This document shows, piece after piece, positions 38,037 through 47,536 of a DNA stretch of 64,000 nt. This DNA comes from an uncultured bacterium (GTDB lineage Bacteria > Krumholzibacteriota > Krumholzibacteriia > Krumholzibacteriales > Krumholzibacteriaceae): contig CAWFAD010000012.1 of assembly GCA_963813815.1 (NCBI GenBank), positions 96,001 through 160,000 of the forward strand, written 5' to 3'. The first letter of the stretch is position 1. Each line of letters starts with the position of its first letter. A model generated the notes under the pieces. It saw nothing but the letters and a program-made list of their open reading frames with translations. It was not told the origin of the DNA and searched no databases. Made by a program: the position numbers and the translations under genes.

Positions 38037-39368
38037 TCATTCTGCGCCTCCCGCGGGAGTGGAGGGCCGCGCGCGCGGCGACTCGGCCGGAGCCTCTCCG
38101 GCCTTCGCCTCCGGCAGCAGCAGCGCGCCGTTTTCGATCACGAGAATATCGTCGTCGTCGAGGCAGGCGAGGAGAAATTCCTCGTGCCCGTCCATCCACG
38201 GGCACAGGCCGAAACGGCTCGCGAGCGAGTCCTCCATCGCCGATTTGAGATAGATCGAAAAGCGAGCGGCGAGCTCGCACGTCGACAGCGCGGCCTGGGC
38301 GTTCAGCGTATACCGCCCGCGCACGCGCTCGGGCACGCCGAACCTGCCGTCGGCAAAGGCTTCCTCGTACGAGTCGGAACCCACGCCCTCGCGACACTCG
38401 GCGGCGACGAGCATGAGGCCTCCTTCCTCGAGTGCGTACGAGGCGTGACGGATCGCCTTGTGGCTCTGCAGGAGATTCAGGTCCCTCGGATATCCGCCCG
38501 CCGAAAGAACGACGGCCCGGTACGGGCGCGCGACGGGAACGCGCATGTGCGAGGAGAGAAACTCGCAGGCGGCGCGGTGCGAAGCGTCGAGCTCTCCCGC
38601 GTTCACGAAGATCGTTTCCCCGCGGCCGCCGGCCACCACGTTCACCGCGAAAACGCGCGTCCCGATGAGCCGCGCCCCCTCGAGCATGTCCTCGTGCACG
38701 CGGTTGCCGTCCAGGTTGCCCGGCCGGCAGCCGGGCGCGAGCCCCGATCCCGCGTCCGCGCGAAGCGATAGCCGGTGGTTGGCGAGAATCGTGCCCTCCG
38801 AGGCGATGCCCGGCAGAATGAGCTTCCGTCCGCCGCCGTACCCCGCGAAATAATGAAACGACGCCGCGCCGAGCGTCACGACGAGGGACGAATCGACGGC
38901 GGCGCGGTTGAGAAGGCACGGCGTGCCGGCGCTCGTCGTGCCGACGTCGACGAGCGATCCTCCGTCGCGCGGGTCGTGCTCGATCACGGTCCAGCGATCG
39001 AGGACGGCGGCGCCGAGAAACTCCGCGAGCTCCCGTCGTTCGCTCCGCCGGTGCATGCCGAGGGCGAGGATGACGACGACGCGATCGGGGCCCGCGCCGC
39101 CCCGCTCGAGCTCGCCGAGCAGCGCTCGGAGAAGCCGCGCCCCCGACTCTCCGCGCGTGAGATCCGAAATCAGCACGGCGACCGAGCCCGTCCGCGGGAT
39201 GAGCTTCGCGAGGGGGGACGATCCGACGGGCCGCTCGAGCGCGGCCGCGAGCGCGGCGGCCTCATCGGGAAGGGCGGGACAGGAGTGACCGTCCACTATC
39301 CTGACGGCCGTCCTGCCCGGCATCTCGAGGGCGAGGGAACCGTTTCCATAGGGGAGAGAAACCCGCAT
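38037..39368 (-). CDS. LarA-family nickel-pincer racemase/epimerase
   Basis: ISDLTR, ALGMHR, HYFAGYGGGRKLILPG, NH, AGGYPRDLNLLQSHKA. Confidence 0.88.
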   Translation of the reverse strand: MRVSLPYGNGSLALEMPGRTAVRIVDGHSCPALPDEAAALAAALERPVGSSPLAKLIPRTGSVAVLISDLTRGESGARLLRALLGELERGGAGPDRVVVILALGMHRRSERRELAEFLGAAVLDRWTVIEHDPRDGGSLVDVGTTSAGTPCLLNRAAVDSSLVVTLGAASFHYFAGYGGGRKLILPGIASEGTILANHRLSLRADAGSGLAPGCRPGNLDGNRVHEDMLEGARLIGTRVFAVNVVAGGRGETIFVNAGELDASHRAACEFLSSHMRVPVARPYRAVVLSAGGYPRDLNLLQSHKAIRHASYALEEGGLMLVAAECREGVGSDSYEEAFADGRFGVPERVRGRYTLNAQAALSTCELAARFSIYLKSAMEDSLASRFGLCPWMDGHEEFLLACLDDDDILVIENGALLLPEAKAGEAPAESPRARPSTPAGGAE

Positions 39369-39440
39369 GAGGACCTTCCCGGAGCGCGCGGGCTCCGCTT
39401 CGCCCGCGGCCCGCACGGCCGGCGGAAGGAATGAGGCGGA

Positions 39441-40382
39441 TCAGTCCGGAAGCACGTGCGTGCCCGCCGCACCCGCGCAGGCGTCGAGAAGCATGGCCGC
39501 GTCGGATATGATGACGCGCCGCCCGCCCGATTCGATGAACTCGATCGCCGAGTCGATCTTCGGCCCCATGCTTCCGGCCGGAAACTCGCCCGCATCCCGG
39601 AAGCGCCGCAGCTCGCCGAGCTTCACGTTGCGCAGGGCCCGCTCGTCGGGTTTCCCGAAACTCACGTAAACCTCGGGGACGCTCGTGAGAATGATGAGGC
39701 GCTCCGCGCCGACCATCTTGGCGAGCACGGAGGCGGCGCGGTCCTTGTCGACCACGGCCTCCACTCCCCTGAGCCGGCCGCCCTCCCGCACGACGGGGAT
39801 GCCGCCGCCGCCGACCGCGATCACGACGACGTCGAGCTCGAGGAGCCGCGATATCACCGCGGCCTCCACGATCTCGAGCGGCTTCGGCGACGGCACGATG
39901 CGCCGCCACCCGCGGTTGGCGTCCATGATCATCCGGAAGCCCTTGTCCCGCTCGAGGGCTTTCGCCTCGGCCTCGCTGTAGAACAGTCCGATCGGCTTCG
40001 TCGGGTGCTCGAAGGCCTCGTCGTCCTTCGAGACGACGACCTGCGAGACGAGCGCGACGACCTCGCGCGAGATCCCCTTCGCGAGGAGCTCGTTGCGGAG
40101 CGACTGCTGGATCATGTACCCGATCCCGCCCTGCGAATCGGCGTCGCAGACGTCGAGCGGCATCGGAGGAATCCGGTCCTTCACGGCCTCGTTGCGCTCG
40201 ACGATGTTGCCGACGATGGGTCCGTTGCCATGGGTGACGATCACCTTCCGCCCCGCCGAAATGAGCTCGGCGACCTGCCGCATCGAGGTGTCGGTCAGTA
40301 TCCGCTGCTCCTCGATCGTCCCCGTTCCCTTCGTCGGGATGATCGCGTTTCCTCCAAGCGCAATGACGTCAATGCCGCGCAC
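39441..40382 (-). CDS. arcC: Carbamate kinase
   Basis: IALGGNA, THGNGP, PTKPIG, RRIVPSP, GGGGIPV, EAVVDKD, GSMGPK. Confidence 0.93.
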   Translation of the reverse strand: MRGIDVIALGGNAIIPTKGTGTIEEQRILTDTSMRQVAELISAGRKVIVTHGNGPIVGNIVERNEAVKDRIPPMPLDVCDADSQGGIGYMIQQSLRNELLAKGISREVVALVSQVVVSKDDEAFEHPTKPIGLFYSEAEAKALERDKGFRMIMDANRGWRRIVPSPKPLEIVEAAVISRLLELDVVVIAVGGGGIPVVREGGRLRGVEAVVDKDRAASVLAKMVGAERLIILTSVPEVYVSFGKPDERALRNVKLGELRRFRDAGEFPAGSMGPKIDSAIEFIESGGRRVIISDAAMLLDACAGAAGTHVLPD

Positions 40383-40460
40383 CGCGGATGCCCTCCCCAA
40401 AAAGAAGTCCCCTGCCGGAGGCGGCGCCTCCAGCAGGGGCACGTTCCTTCGATACGTTCG

Positions 40461-41615
40461 TTACCTGAGGGCGCTCCGAATCTTCTCGAGCGCCTTCTTG
40501 ATGTTCTCCTGCGAGTTCGCGTATGAGAAACGCAGGTATCCCTCGCCGTACTTGCCGAAGCTCGTGCCGCTGAGGCCGGCCACGCCCGCCTTCTCGAGGA
40601 GGAACGTCTCGAGATCCTTCGATTTCATTCCCGTTCCCGTGATATTCGGAAACACGTAGAACGCGCCCTTCGGCTTCAGGCACCGGAATCCCGGAATCGC
40701 GTTGAGGCCGTCGACGATGAGGTCGCGGCGCGCCTTGAACTCCTTGACCATCTTCCGCGATCTGCTCTGCGATCCGGTCAGGGCCTCGATGCCGGCCATC
40801 TGCGTGAAGCTCGCGGTGCAGGAGTTCGAGTTGGTCTGGAGCCTCGCCACCGCGTCGGCGAGCTTCACCGGCATGATGCCGTAGCCGAGGCGCCATCCGG
40901 TCATCGCGTACGTTTTCGAGTGCCCCTCGAGCAGAATCGTGCGCTCCTTGACCTCGGGAAAGTCGCAGATGCTGACGTGCTTTCCCTCGTAGATGATCTT
41001 GCTGTACACCTCGTCGCTGAGGATCCACGCGTCGTACTTGTCGGCGAGCTCGGCGACCGTTTTCATGTCCTTCTTGGTGAGGATGCCGCCCGTCGGGTTC
41101 TGGGGAGAGTTGATGATGATGAGCTTCGTTCTCTCGTTCACGAGCGAGCGCAGCTCGTCGACGTCGAACGAGAAGTTCTTCTCTTCCCGCAGCGGAATGG
41201 GAACGGGCTTTCCGCCGACGAAATTGATCACCGATTCGTAGATGGGGAATCCCGGGTTGGGATAGATGACTTCGTCCCCCTCGTCGACGAGGGCCATGAT
41301 CGAGAAGAAGAGAATCGGCTTGGCGCCCGGGGTGATGACGATGTTTTCCGGCTTCACGTCGACTTTGCGGTCCCGCGAGATGTACTCGGCGAAAACCTTC
41401 TTGGCCGCCGGCATGCCGGCCGAAGGGCCATAGTGCGTGAAGCCTTCCTTGAGAGCCTTGATGGCGGCCTTGACGATGTTGGGCGGGGTGTCGAAATCGG
41501 GCTCGCCGATCTCGAGATGGACCATGTCCCTCCCCTCGGCCTCCATCGCCTTCGCGCGGGCCAGAACCTCGAAGGCGGTTTCGGTGCCGAGCCTGCTCAT
41601 TCTCTCCGCAAACAT
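40461..41615 (-). CDS. PLP-dependent aminotransferase class I/II
   Basis: IGEPDF, NSPQNPTG, SDEVY, SKTYAMTGWRLG; AGGAGG SD. Confidence 0.93.
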   Translation of the reverse strand: MFAERMSRLGTETAFEVLARAKAMEAEGRDMVHLEIGEPDFDTPPNIVKAAIKALKEGFTHYGPSAGMPAAKKVFAEYISRDRKVDVKPENIVITPGAKPILFFSIMALVDEGDEVIYPNPGFPIYESVINFVGGKPVPIPLREEKNFSFDVDELRSLVNERTKLIIINSPQNPTGGILTKKDMKTVAELADKYDAWILSDEVYSKIIYEGKHVSICDFPEVKERTILLEGHSKTYAMTGWRLGYGIMPVKLADAVARLQTNSNSCTASFTQMAGIEALTGSQSRSRKMVKEFKARRDLIVDGLNAIPGFRCLKPKGAFYVFPNITGTGMKSKDLETFLLEKAGVAGLSGTSFGKYGEGYLRFSYANSQENIKKALEKIRSALR

Positions 41616-41674
41616 CTCTCCTCCTCGTGAATTCTCGCCAGGAACGGGCATCTCACAAAAATTGAACCATATCT

Positions 41675-41703
41675 ATATTACGGGGGGACAGGGGCTTTGT
41701 CAA
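41675..41703 (-). promoter_or_regulatory. Sigma70 promoter of aminotransferase-arcC-larA
   Basis: TTGACA-N17-TAATAT. Confidence 0.75.
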
Positions 41704-41764
41704 CTCATTAGGCGAAACGCCGCAGCAACTTGTCCGGCAAAGGAATACGGGAAAACGCGGACCG

Positions 41765-43312
41765 TCATTTCAGCGAGGAGAGGTAATGCTGAACCTCGCG
41801 CCGGACCTCTTCGCGAATCGAGGCCCCCTTGCCGGCGAGCCTCGAGAGGGAGGCCTTGTCGATGAACCGCACGTGCACGAACTTGCGGAGCGAGGCGAGG
41901 GAAATCTTGGCGGGATTCTGAAGCAGGTTGATGGGAACCTCCTTGTTCGAAAATCCCGAATAGAGCGAACGATTGTTCGCGAGCATATTGAGAACGCGCG
42001 TCGAGCGCGATTTTTGGGCGATGAGCGGCATGATGCCGGGCTGGGCGACGACCCGCGGATTGTTGAGGAGCTCGACGATGAAGTTGTCGTTATCCATGTA
42101 GGTGAGAACGAGGGTCCGCCAGCTCACGATGGATTCCCGCTGAAGGTTTGTCCAATCGACGTCGCGCGGCGCGTCATCGTTATCGATGAACGGCGCCGAC
42201 GGAACCTTCGAGAGATCGATCGTCAGGATCCTTTCGCTGAGATCGAACCCCGGCATCTTGAGGAGCATCTTGAGGAGATTCAGCGAGGATTGCTTCTGGA
42301 GCATGATCTCGAGCATTCCGCCCCCCGCGGCGTCGATATAGATGGCGAGACAGCTCAAGAAATCGGGCTTGCGGTGCTGGCGGAGCAGCAGCGGATGCAT
42401 GAGGAGCGCCCGTACGACGGAGGTCCCCGTTTTGAGCGACGGGTAGGAATGCGCCTTGGCGCTCTGAGCCTCGAAGAGGCCCGCGATGCTCGCTCCGGCG
42501 GGCGATTCCCGGAGAGCCTCGATCATCGGCTCCCACTTGCCACCGAGGCTTTGCCGGATCACGAGCGTCGCCTCGCCGAAGCGCTGGTAAGCCTCTTCGA
42601 GCGCCTGTATCCGCCAGCGCGTCTCCTCGCCTCTCGTGGTGAGCAGGACCGTGGAGCGCTCCTTGCTCAGAAAATCGATCTTCGTGAGGAGCAGCTTGAT
42701 GCGCAGCTCGACTGCTTCGAGCTCGGCTTCGGCGCGCTCGAGCACGGCCTTGTCCCAGCGCCGGTCCGGATCGGACACGGCGCGGCGAACCTGATCGTTC
42801 CAGTCGAGCCATGGGGAGTCGAGAGGGGCGTTCGAACCGCCGGGGAGCGGATGGGAAATCGAGAGAAGCAACACCTTCTGTTTGAACCAATCCTCGCTCT
42901 CGCGAAGCGGCGTTCCCGCCTTTTCCTTGACGGCGATGTGCGACATGACGCGCCGTATGTTTCTGAACTCGATGAGCTCCATGACGAGATGCTCGGCCGG
43001 AGGCACGGCGAGGAGAGCGGCGCAGACGAGCTTGAACCCGGCCGTCTCGCCGGAAACCGCGAGAGAGGCGATGCGCAGGATGTCCTTGTGCGGCTCTTCC
43101 GCCGTTCCGAGGTACGCGGCGAGCTCGGACGAACGCTTGAAGACGTTCTCGACCGCGGCGATTCTGAGCAGGTTGTCCTTCGACTCCCCGGCGGGCTGGA
43201 GGGGAAGCAGCTCGATCGCGTGGTCGATGAACGGCAGCGGCGGCGGAAAGGCGATAACCTTTCTCCCGCTCGTTTTATCGTCATATACGATTGTCCGAAC
43301 GGCATCCATCAA
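41765..43312 (-). CDS. Hypothetical alpha-helical cytoplasmic protein (515 aa)
   Basis: Natural amino-acid composition and codon bias; C-terminal LLNNPR/LLQNP repeats. Confidence 0.8.
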   Translation of the reverse strand: MMDAVRTIVYDDKTSGRKVIAFPPPLPFIDHAIELLPLQPAGESKDNLLRIAAVENVFKRSSELAAYLGTAEEPHKDILRIASLAVSGETAGFKLVCAALLAVPPAEHLVMELIEFRNIRRVMSHIAVKEKAGTPLRESEDWFKQKVLLLSISHPLPGGSNAPLDSPWLDWNDQVRRAVSDPDRRWDKAVLERAEAELEAVELRIKLLLTKIDFLSKERSTVLLTTRGEETRWRIQALEEAYQRFGEATLVIRQSLGGKWEPMIEALRESPAGASIAGLFEAQSAKAHSYPSLKTGTSVVRALLMHPLLLRQHRKPDFLSCLAIYIDAAGGGMLEIMLQKQSSLNLLKMLLKMPGFDLSERILTIDLSKVPSAPFIDNDDAPRDVDWTNLQRESIVSWRTLVLTYMDNDNFIVELLNNPRVVAQPGIMPLIAQKSRSTRVLNMLANNRSLYSGFSNKEVPINLLQNPAKISLASLRKFVHVRFIDKASLSRLAGKGASIREEVRREVQHYLSSLK

Positions 43313-43435
43313 TTCCGGATTGCAGCATGAATGATTCCAAATCGGTCGTCCGGCAGAGCCGATGCTGACGATTCCGGCGAATATTCCGCCTCCTGCAGCC
43401 TCTCCGCCGGCCGGAGCGCCACGGTCGCCTGCCCG

Positions 43436-44983
43436 CTAGAAGACCGATAGCGCTTGAACCGTCCCGTCGGGCGCCGCCCCCATTTTACAAACAACTTTAT
43501 ACGATATCTGTATCTTGCTGTATTTAATAGATATTAGGCACGCAACGGTCTCGTGTCCGCCCGAAGCGTATTTCCACGGATAAACGCCTTCGAGAGAGGG
43601 TTCGTAATAGTAGCAGGCGGGCGCTCGCCCATGAACGCGGTACCCCGCGTAGGAGACCGTCGCCGCGACGCCGCCTCCCCGCGATCGCGCCCGAATCATC
43701 GGAGCGATGAGGATGCCGCTCCCGCCACCCGATTCGCCGACCCACTTCAGGGCGAGGCGCATCGAAAAGAGCGCGGCCGGATAGAGATCGACGAGCAGAC
43801 CGCACGAGCGGTTTTCCTCGCTGCTCGGCGGCTCGCATCCCGGCTGCGGTAAAAGCGGCGTCTCCTCCGACCCCGCCGCGGCGCCGGAGAGTTTCAGGCG
43901 AAGGATCTTCCATTTCTTCTCGAGCTCGGCTCTCGCGATCGCTCGCTCGCGTCTCTCGGTGTCGCCCGCGCGCACCGTGCGCTCGATCGCCGCCCGAAAA
44001 GCCCCGCGGCGCGCGATCCTGCGCTCCGCCATGACGGAGGCCCCGCCGTACGATGCGATGGAGCTCAGGTTGCCCCCTCCCGCCGCCCCGAAGGGACAAC
44101 CGCCCGACGGAATCGAGTGAAGCAGGGCTCCGAAACGCGTGCCGCCGCGCCGCGCCGAGATCGCGGCGCAGGCGGCGATGCCGCCTGCCCGGCCGCGGGC
44201 CGCCTCGAAGGCGGCGCGAAGAGGCCCTCTTTCTACGCGCGCGTCGGCGCCCGCGAGCAGGCGCCTCCCGTCGCCGGGACCGGTCATCAGGGATATTCCG
44301 GCCAAGGAGCGTCCACCCCGCGCCTCGACCCTACCTCCCGCGATCGTCGCTCCGCCCATGACGAGGCGGCCGCCCCGGATGATGCGCTCCCGTCCCGCGA
44401 AAATGATCGCGCCGACGGGGCCGCGGCGCGCCTCGACCGCGCCGCCGATCAGGGCGCGGCCGTACCCTGAGGTGTTGGAGGCGATCCACCTCCTCTCGTT
44501 CGCGGGAAACGCGCTCGAGAAGACGGAGGGGGCGCTCGCGCCGGCGACGAGCCTCTCGGCGAAATCGGGAGAAAAGCTGCCCGCATGAAGCGAGAGCGCC
44601 CCGCGAACCGGCGCCGCGGCGGCGAACCACGACACCCACGAAACGTCTTCCCCGGTTTTCCTCCGCAGAACGATCCGAAGGCGTTCGGCGTCGATCGAGA
44701 TGCGCTCCTCCCCCCGCTCCCCTTCATCGCCCGGGATTCCGTGGAGCGTGAAACGGGCGCGGGCGCTCATCCTCTTCGATTCTTCGCGGCTCCGCGACCC
44801 ACCGGAACGCTCTTCCGCGGTTTCGAACTCCTCGATGGATACCGCGGGATCGACCGAGTCGCCGAAACCCGCGTCCCCGGCGCGGCCCGCCGCCGCGTCC
44901 CCCGCCGCTCCGCGGCGCGCCCCGCCCGCGCCGCAGCCGGACGCAAGAAACGCCGCGCAGACGAGAATCGATGCGATCCTCAC
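43436..44983 (-). CDS. Putative outer-membrane lipoprotein/beta-barrel-like protein
   Basis: GTG 44983 overlaps the upstream stop; lipobox-like LASGC; amphipathic strands; terminal Phe. Confidence 0.6.
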   Translation of the reverse strand: MRIASILVCAAFLASGCGAGGARRGAAGDAAAGRAGDAGFGDSVDPAVSIEEFETAEERSGGSRSREESKRMSARARFTLHGIPGDEGERGEERISIDAERLRIVLRRKTGEDVSWVSWFAAAAPVRGALSLHAGSFSPDFAERLVAGASAPSVFSSAFPANERRWIASNTSGYGRALIGGAVEARRGPVGAIIFAGRERIIRGGRLVMGGATIAGGRVEARGGRSLAGISLMTGPGDGRRLLAGADARVERGPLRAAFEAARGRAGGIAACAAISARRGGTRFGALLHSIPSGGCPFGAAGGGNLSSIASYGGASVMAERRIARRGAFRAAIERTVRAGDTERRERAIARAELEKKWKILRLKLSGAAAGSEETPLLPQPGCEPPSSEENRSCGLLVDLYPAALFSMRLALKWVGESGGGSGILIAPMIRARSRGGGVAATVSYAGYRVHGRAPACYYYEPSLEGVYPWKYASGGHETVACLISIKYSKIQISYKVVCKMGAAPDGTVQALSVF

Positions 44984-45779
44984 CACGACCACCTCCTCCC
45001 CGCCCCCGCCGAGGCGCTCAAGCCCAGCGACGGATTGACGCCCCATGAGAAACCGAGGAGCAGACGCCGTATCTCGACGATGACACCGCACGTGAGCTCG
45101 CCCGATCGAAAAGCGTATGCCGCTCGAACGCCGATCCGCTCTCCGAGCGGCACGATCATGTCGATCCGGTATTCCGTCTCGACGCCGTCCGGCGATGAGC
45201 GGCTCAAGCCGGCCATGAGCTCGCCGATGGAGATGCCGCACGACCATGCGCAGCGCCCCGGCGTCGCGCATCTCTCTCGACGAGCGGAAGGGCGAACGTC
45301 GCCGAGACCGAGCGCGCGCGCCGAAAGCCGACGAGCAGACGAAGCGACGACGAACGCTCCGCCGGGAACCCTTCGGCCCGGCGCCGCAGCGTAGCGAGCT
45401 CGGCGCCCGCGATGATTCCCGGAATGGGGACGGGAATCGCGGCCGCGCACGATAGAAGGTCCTCCCGGTAGAGCGAGTGCGAAATCCTTCTCCAGTCGAG
45501 GCCGACCATGACGACGCCGCCGTCGATCTCGCCCTCGAGGCGGGAGGAGACGAGCCCCTCGATCGAGTACGGATTCGCGATCGACAGGAAGACGGACGCG
45601 GCCCTCGCCGTGTCGCGCCCGGCGGCGAAGCGCGGTCCGGAACATGCGCGAAACGGCGTCTCGCCCCATGATGCGGCGGCCCCGGCGCTCAGGCCGACCG
45701 CGAGCGTCTGCCCGGCGACGAGCGCCCGGACGAGGGTCAGCCGCCGGCCACGACCACGCAGGCCTTCTCTCTTCTGCAT
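44980..45779 (-). CDS. Putative small outer-membrane beta-barrel protein; one frameshift
   Basis: GGAGG SD plus ATG 45779. The N-terminal frame (PYSIEGL...YREDL) joins the C-terminal frame (FSWGVNPSLGLS...W) across a G4 run at 45256-45259. Confidence 0.5.
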
Positions 45780-47440
45780 ACCCCACCTCCCGGCCCAATG
45801 AACTCGACGAGGCATACGTAGATCCCGGACGGCAGAGCGCGGCCCTCGTCATCCATTCCGTCCCACCCGCATGAGAAGGCTCGAGCGCCGCCCGCTTCCG
45901 CGAAGAGGCGGCGAAGCTCGATACCGGCGACGCTGAATATCCGCACGCGAAAACCCGTCTCCCCGCGCGCGAGGGAGCCCGAGATGAAGGTCTTGCCGTG
46001 CCGCGCCGGAGAGTAGGGATTCGGGGAGAGCGCGATCCCCGATCCCTTCGGCATCCTACGGAGACGGGTCGAGTTCTCCGCCCCCGGTGTCGCGCCATCC
46101 CTCGCCGCGGACCGGTGCCATACGCCGCCCGGTATCGATCCGCAGGCGGTCTCCGAGTAGCGCTCGATGCTCCGTCCGCGCTCCTCCCCGAGGAGATCAC
46201 CGTAGGAAACCGCCTCGACGAGGGCGCCGGAGGCGTTCCGCAGCGAGATCCTGTCGGCGACGCCGTCGCGCTCGGCGTCGTTGAGGGACGGCCATCCGCC
46301 GGCTGGGATTTTCACGGGAGCGGGGCAGCGCGGGTACCGCGCGGCGAACGCCGCGGAATCGCGGGCCAGAATGAGATATCCGAAAGGCGGCAGAACGAGC
46401 GCCTCCTCGGAAATGATCCGCCTCGAACCCGTCGCGTCGCTCATCGTCCAGCCCTCGAGATCACATGAGGCGCCCATGGCGCCGGCGATCTCGATCCACT
46501 CGCACTCTCCCTCCCCGGGGCGGTACATGATTTCGTTCACCACGACCTCTCCGGGAGACGGGCGGATCGACGCGCGGCTGGTGTCGTCGAGGGCCCAGTC
46601 GTCGGGAGCGCCCGTCAGGCACGCCTCGACCGAGAAGCTATCCGCCACGGGCGACACCGCCCGCGCCGCGATCGAGTCGCGCGTCTCCGGCGCGAGAAGG
46701 AGATCTCTCGATGCCGTCGCGGAATCCGCCGCGCCGGCGGGTCCGGCGACGACGACGCGCAGCGTCACCCGGCCGTCGAACGTCTCCAGTCCTGCGTTCT
46801 TCAACCTCGCCACGAGCGTAAAGCGGGCGCCTCGGCACGGCAGATCGACGAGTGGCGCGATGGACACTTCGATGTCGCGGCGGAAAAAATTGCGCCGCCC
46901 CGGCGTCGGTGATGCCGCGACGAAATCGAAGGCGTTCCGGTCGCTGTCGGCGCCGTCCGGCCTGCGGGCGAGACTCGTCCCCGCCGGCACTTCGGGAGCC
47001 GGGCTCCCCTCGAAGAGCCCGTCGAGAAGGAGCGGACCGTACCCGAGAACGTCGATCCCGCCCGCGGCGGCCACGAGACGAACCGCGTCCGGGCCGTTCT
47101 CGAGCGCGCCCGCGAGAACCCGTCCGGGCGGAGGTTCGCGCGCGCTCCCCGCGACGCAGAAGGCCTCGCCGGGAAGGATCCGGGCTCCCGAGGGGGCGGT
47201 CCAGAGGCACGCCGTTTCCCCCGATGCTCCGTCGACGGATTCTATCCGCCAGCCCGAGAGATCGACGGTGTCAACGCCCGCGTTGTAGAGCTCGACGTAT
47301 TCCCATCCTTCGTCCCGTCCCGGATGGTCGTAGTACACCTCGTTGACGACCACGCGGGAGGTCTCGCCGGGGAACGCCGCGATCGAATGGAGTTGAAACG
47401 AGAGAACAAAGGCGGCACAAACAAAAAGGCTCGTCCACAT
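45737..47440 (-). CDS. Secreted protein with two lamin-tail domains and a FlgD/T9SS-like C-terminal domain
   Basis: VVVNEVYY...EYVELYN and VVVNEIMY...EWIEI; SPTPGRRN/ATPGAENS; SPNPYSP...RIFS..G...WDG.DD.G..LPSGIY. Confidence 0.85.
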   Translation of the reverse strand: MWTSLFVCAAFVLSFQLHSIAAFPGETSRVVVNEVYYDHPGRDEGWEYVELYNAGVDTVDLSGWRIESVDGASGETACLWTAPSGARILPGEAFCVAGSAREPPPGRVLAGALENGPDAVRLVAAAGGIDVLGYGPLLLDGLFEGSPAPEVPAGTSLARRPDGADSDRNAFDFVAASPTPGRRNFFRRDIEVSIAPLVDLPCRGARFTLVARLKNAGLETFDGRVTLRVVVAGPAGAADSATASRDLLLAPETRDSIAARAVSPVADSFSVEACLTGAPDDWALDDTSRASIRPSPGEVVVNEIMYRPGEGECEWIEIAGAMGASCDLEGWTMSDATGSRRIISEEALVLPPFGYLILARDSAAFAARYPRCPAPVKIPAGGWPSLNDAERDGVADRISLRNASGALVEAVSYGDLLGEERGRSIERYSETACGSIPGGVWHRSAARDGATPGAENSTRLRRMPKGSGIALSPNPYSPARHGKTFISGSLARGETGFRVRIFSVAGIELRRLFAEAGGARAFSCGWDGMDDEGRALPSGIYVCLVEFIGPGGGVCRREKACVVVAGG

Positions 47441-47536
47441 CACATCCACCACCCTTCACCTGAGCCGGAGAGGATTGAAACCGATCGCGCGCCGGATTGC
47501 AAGAAAAATCGAGATGCGGGGCCGCTCGCCGCGCGG

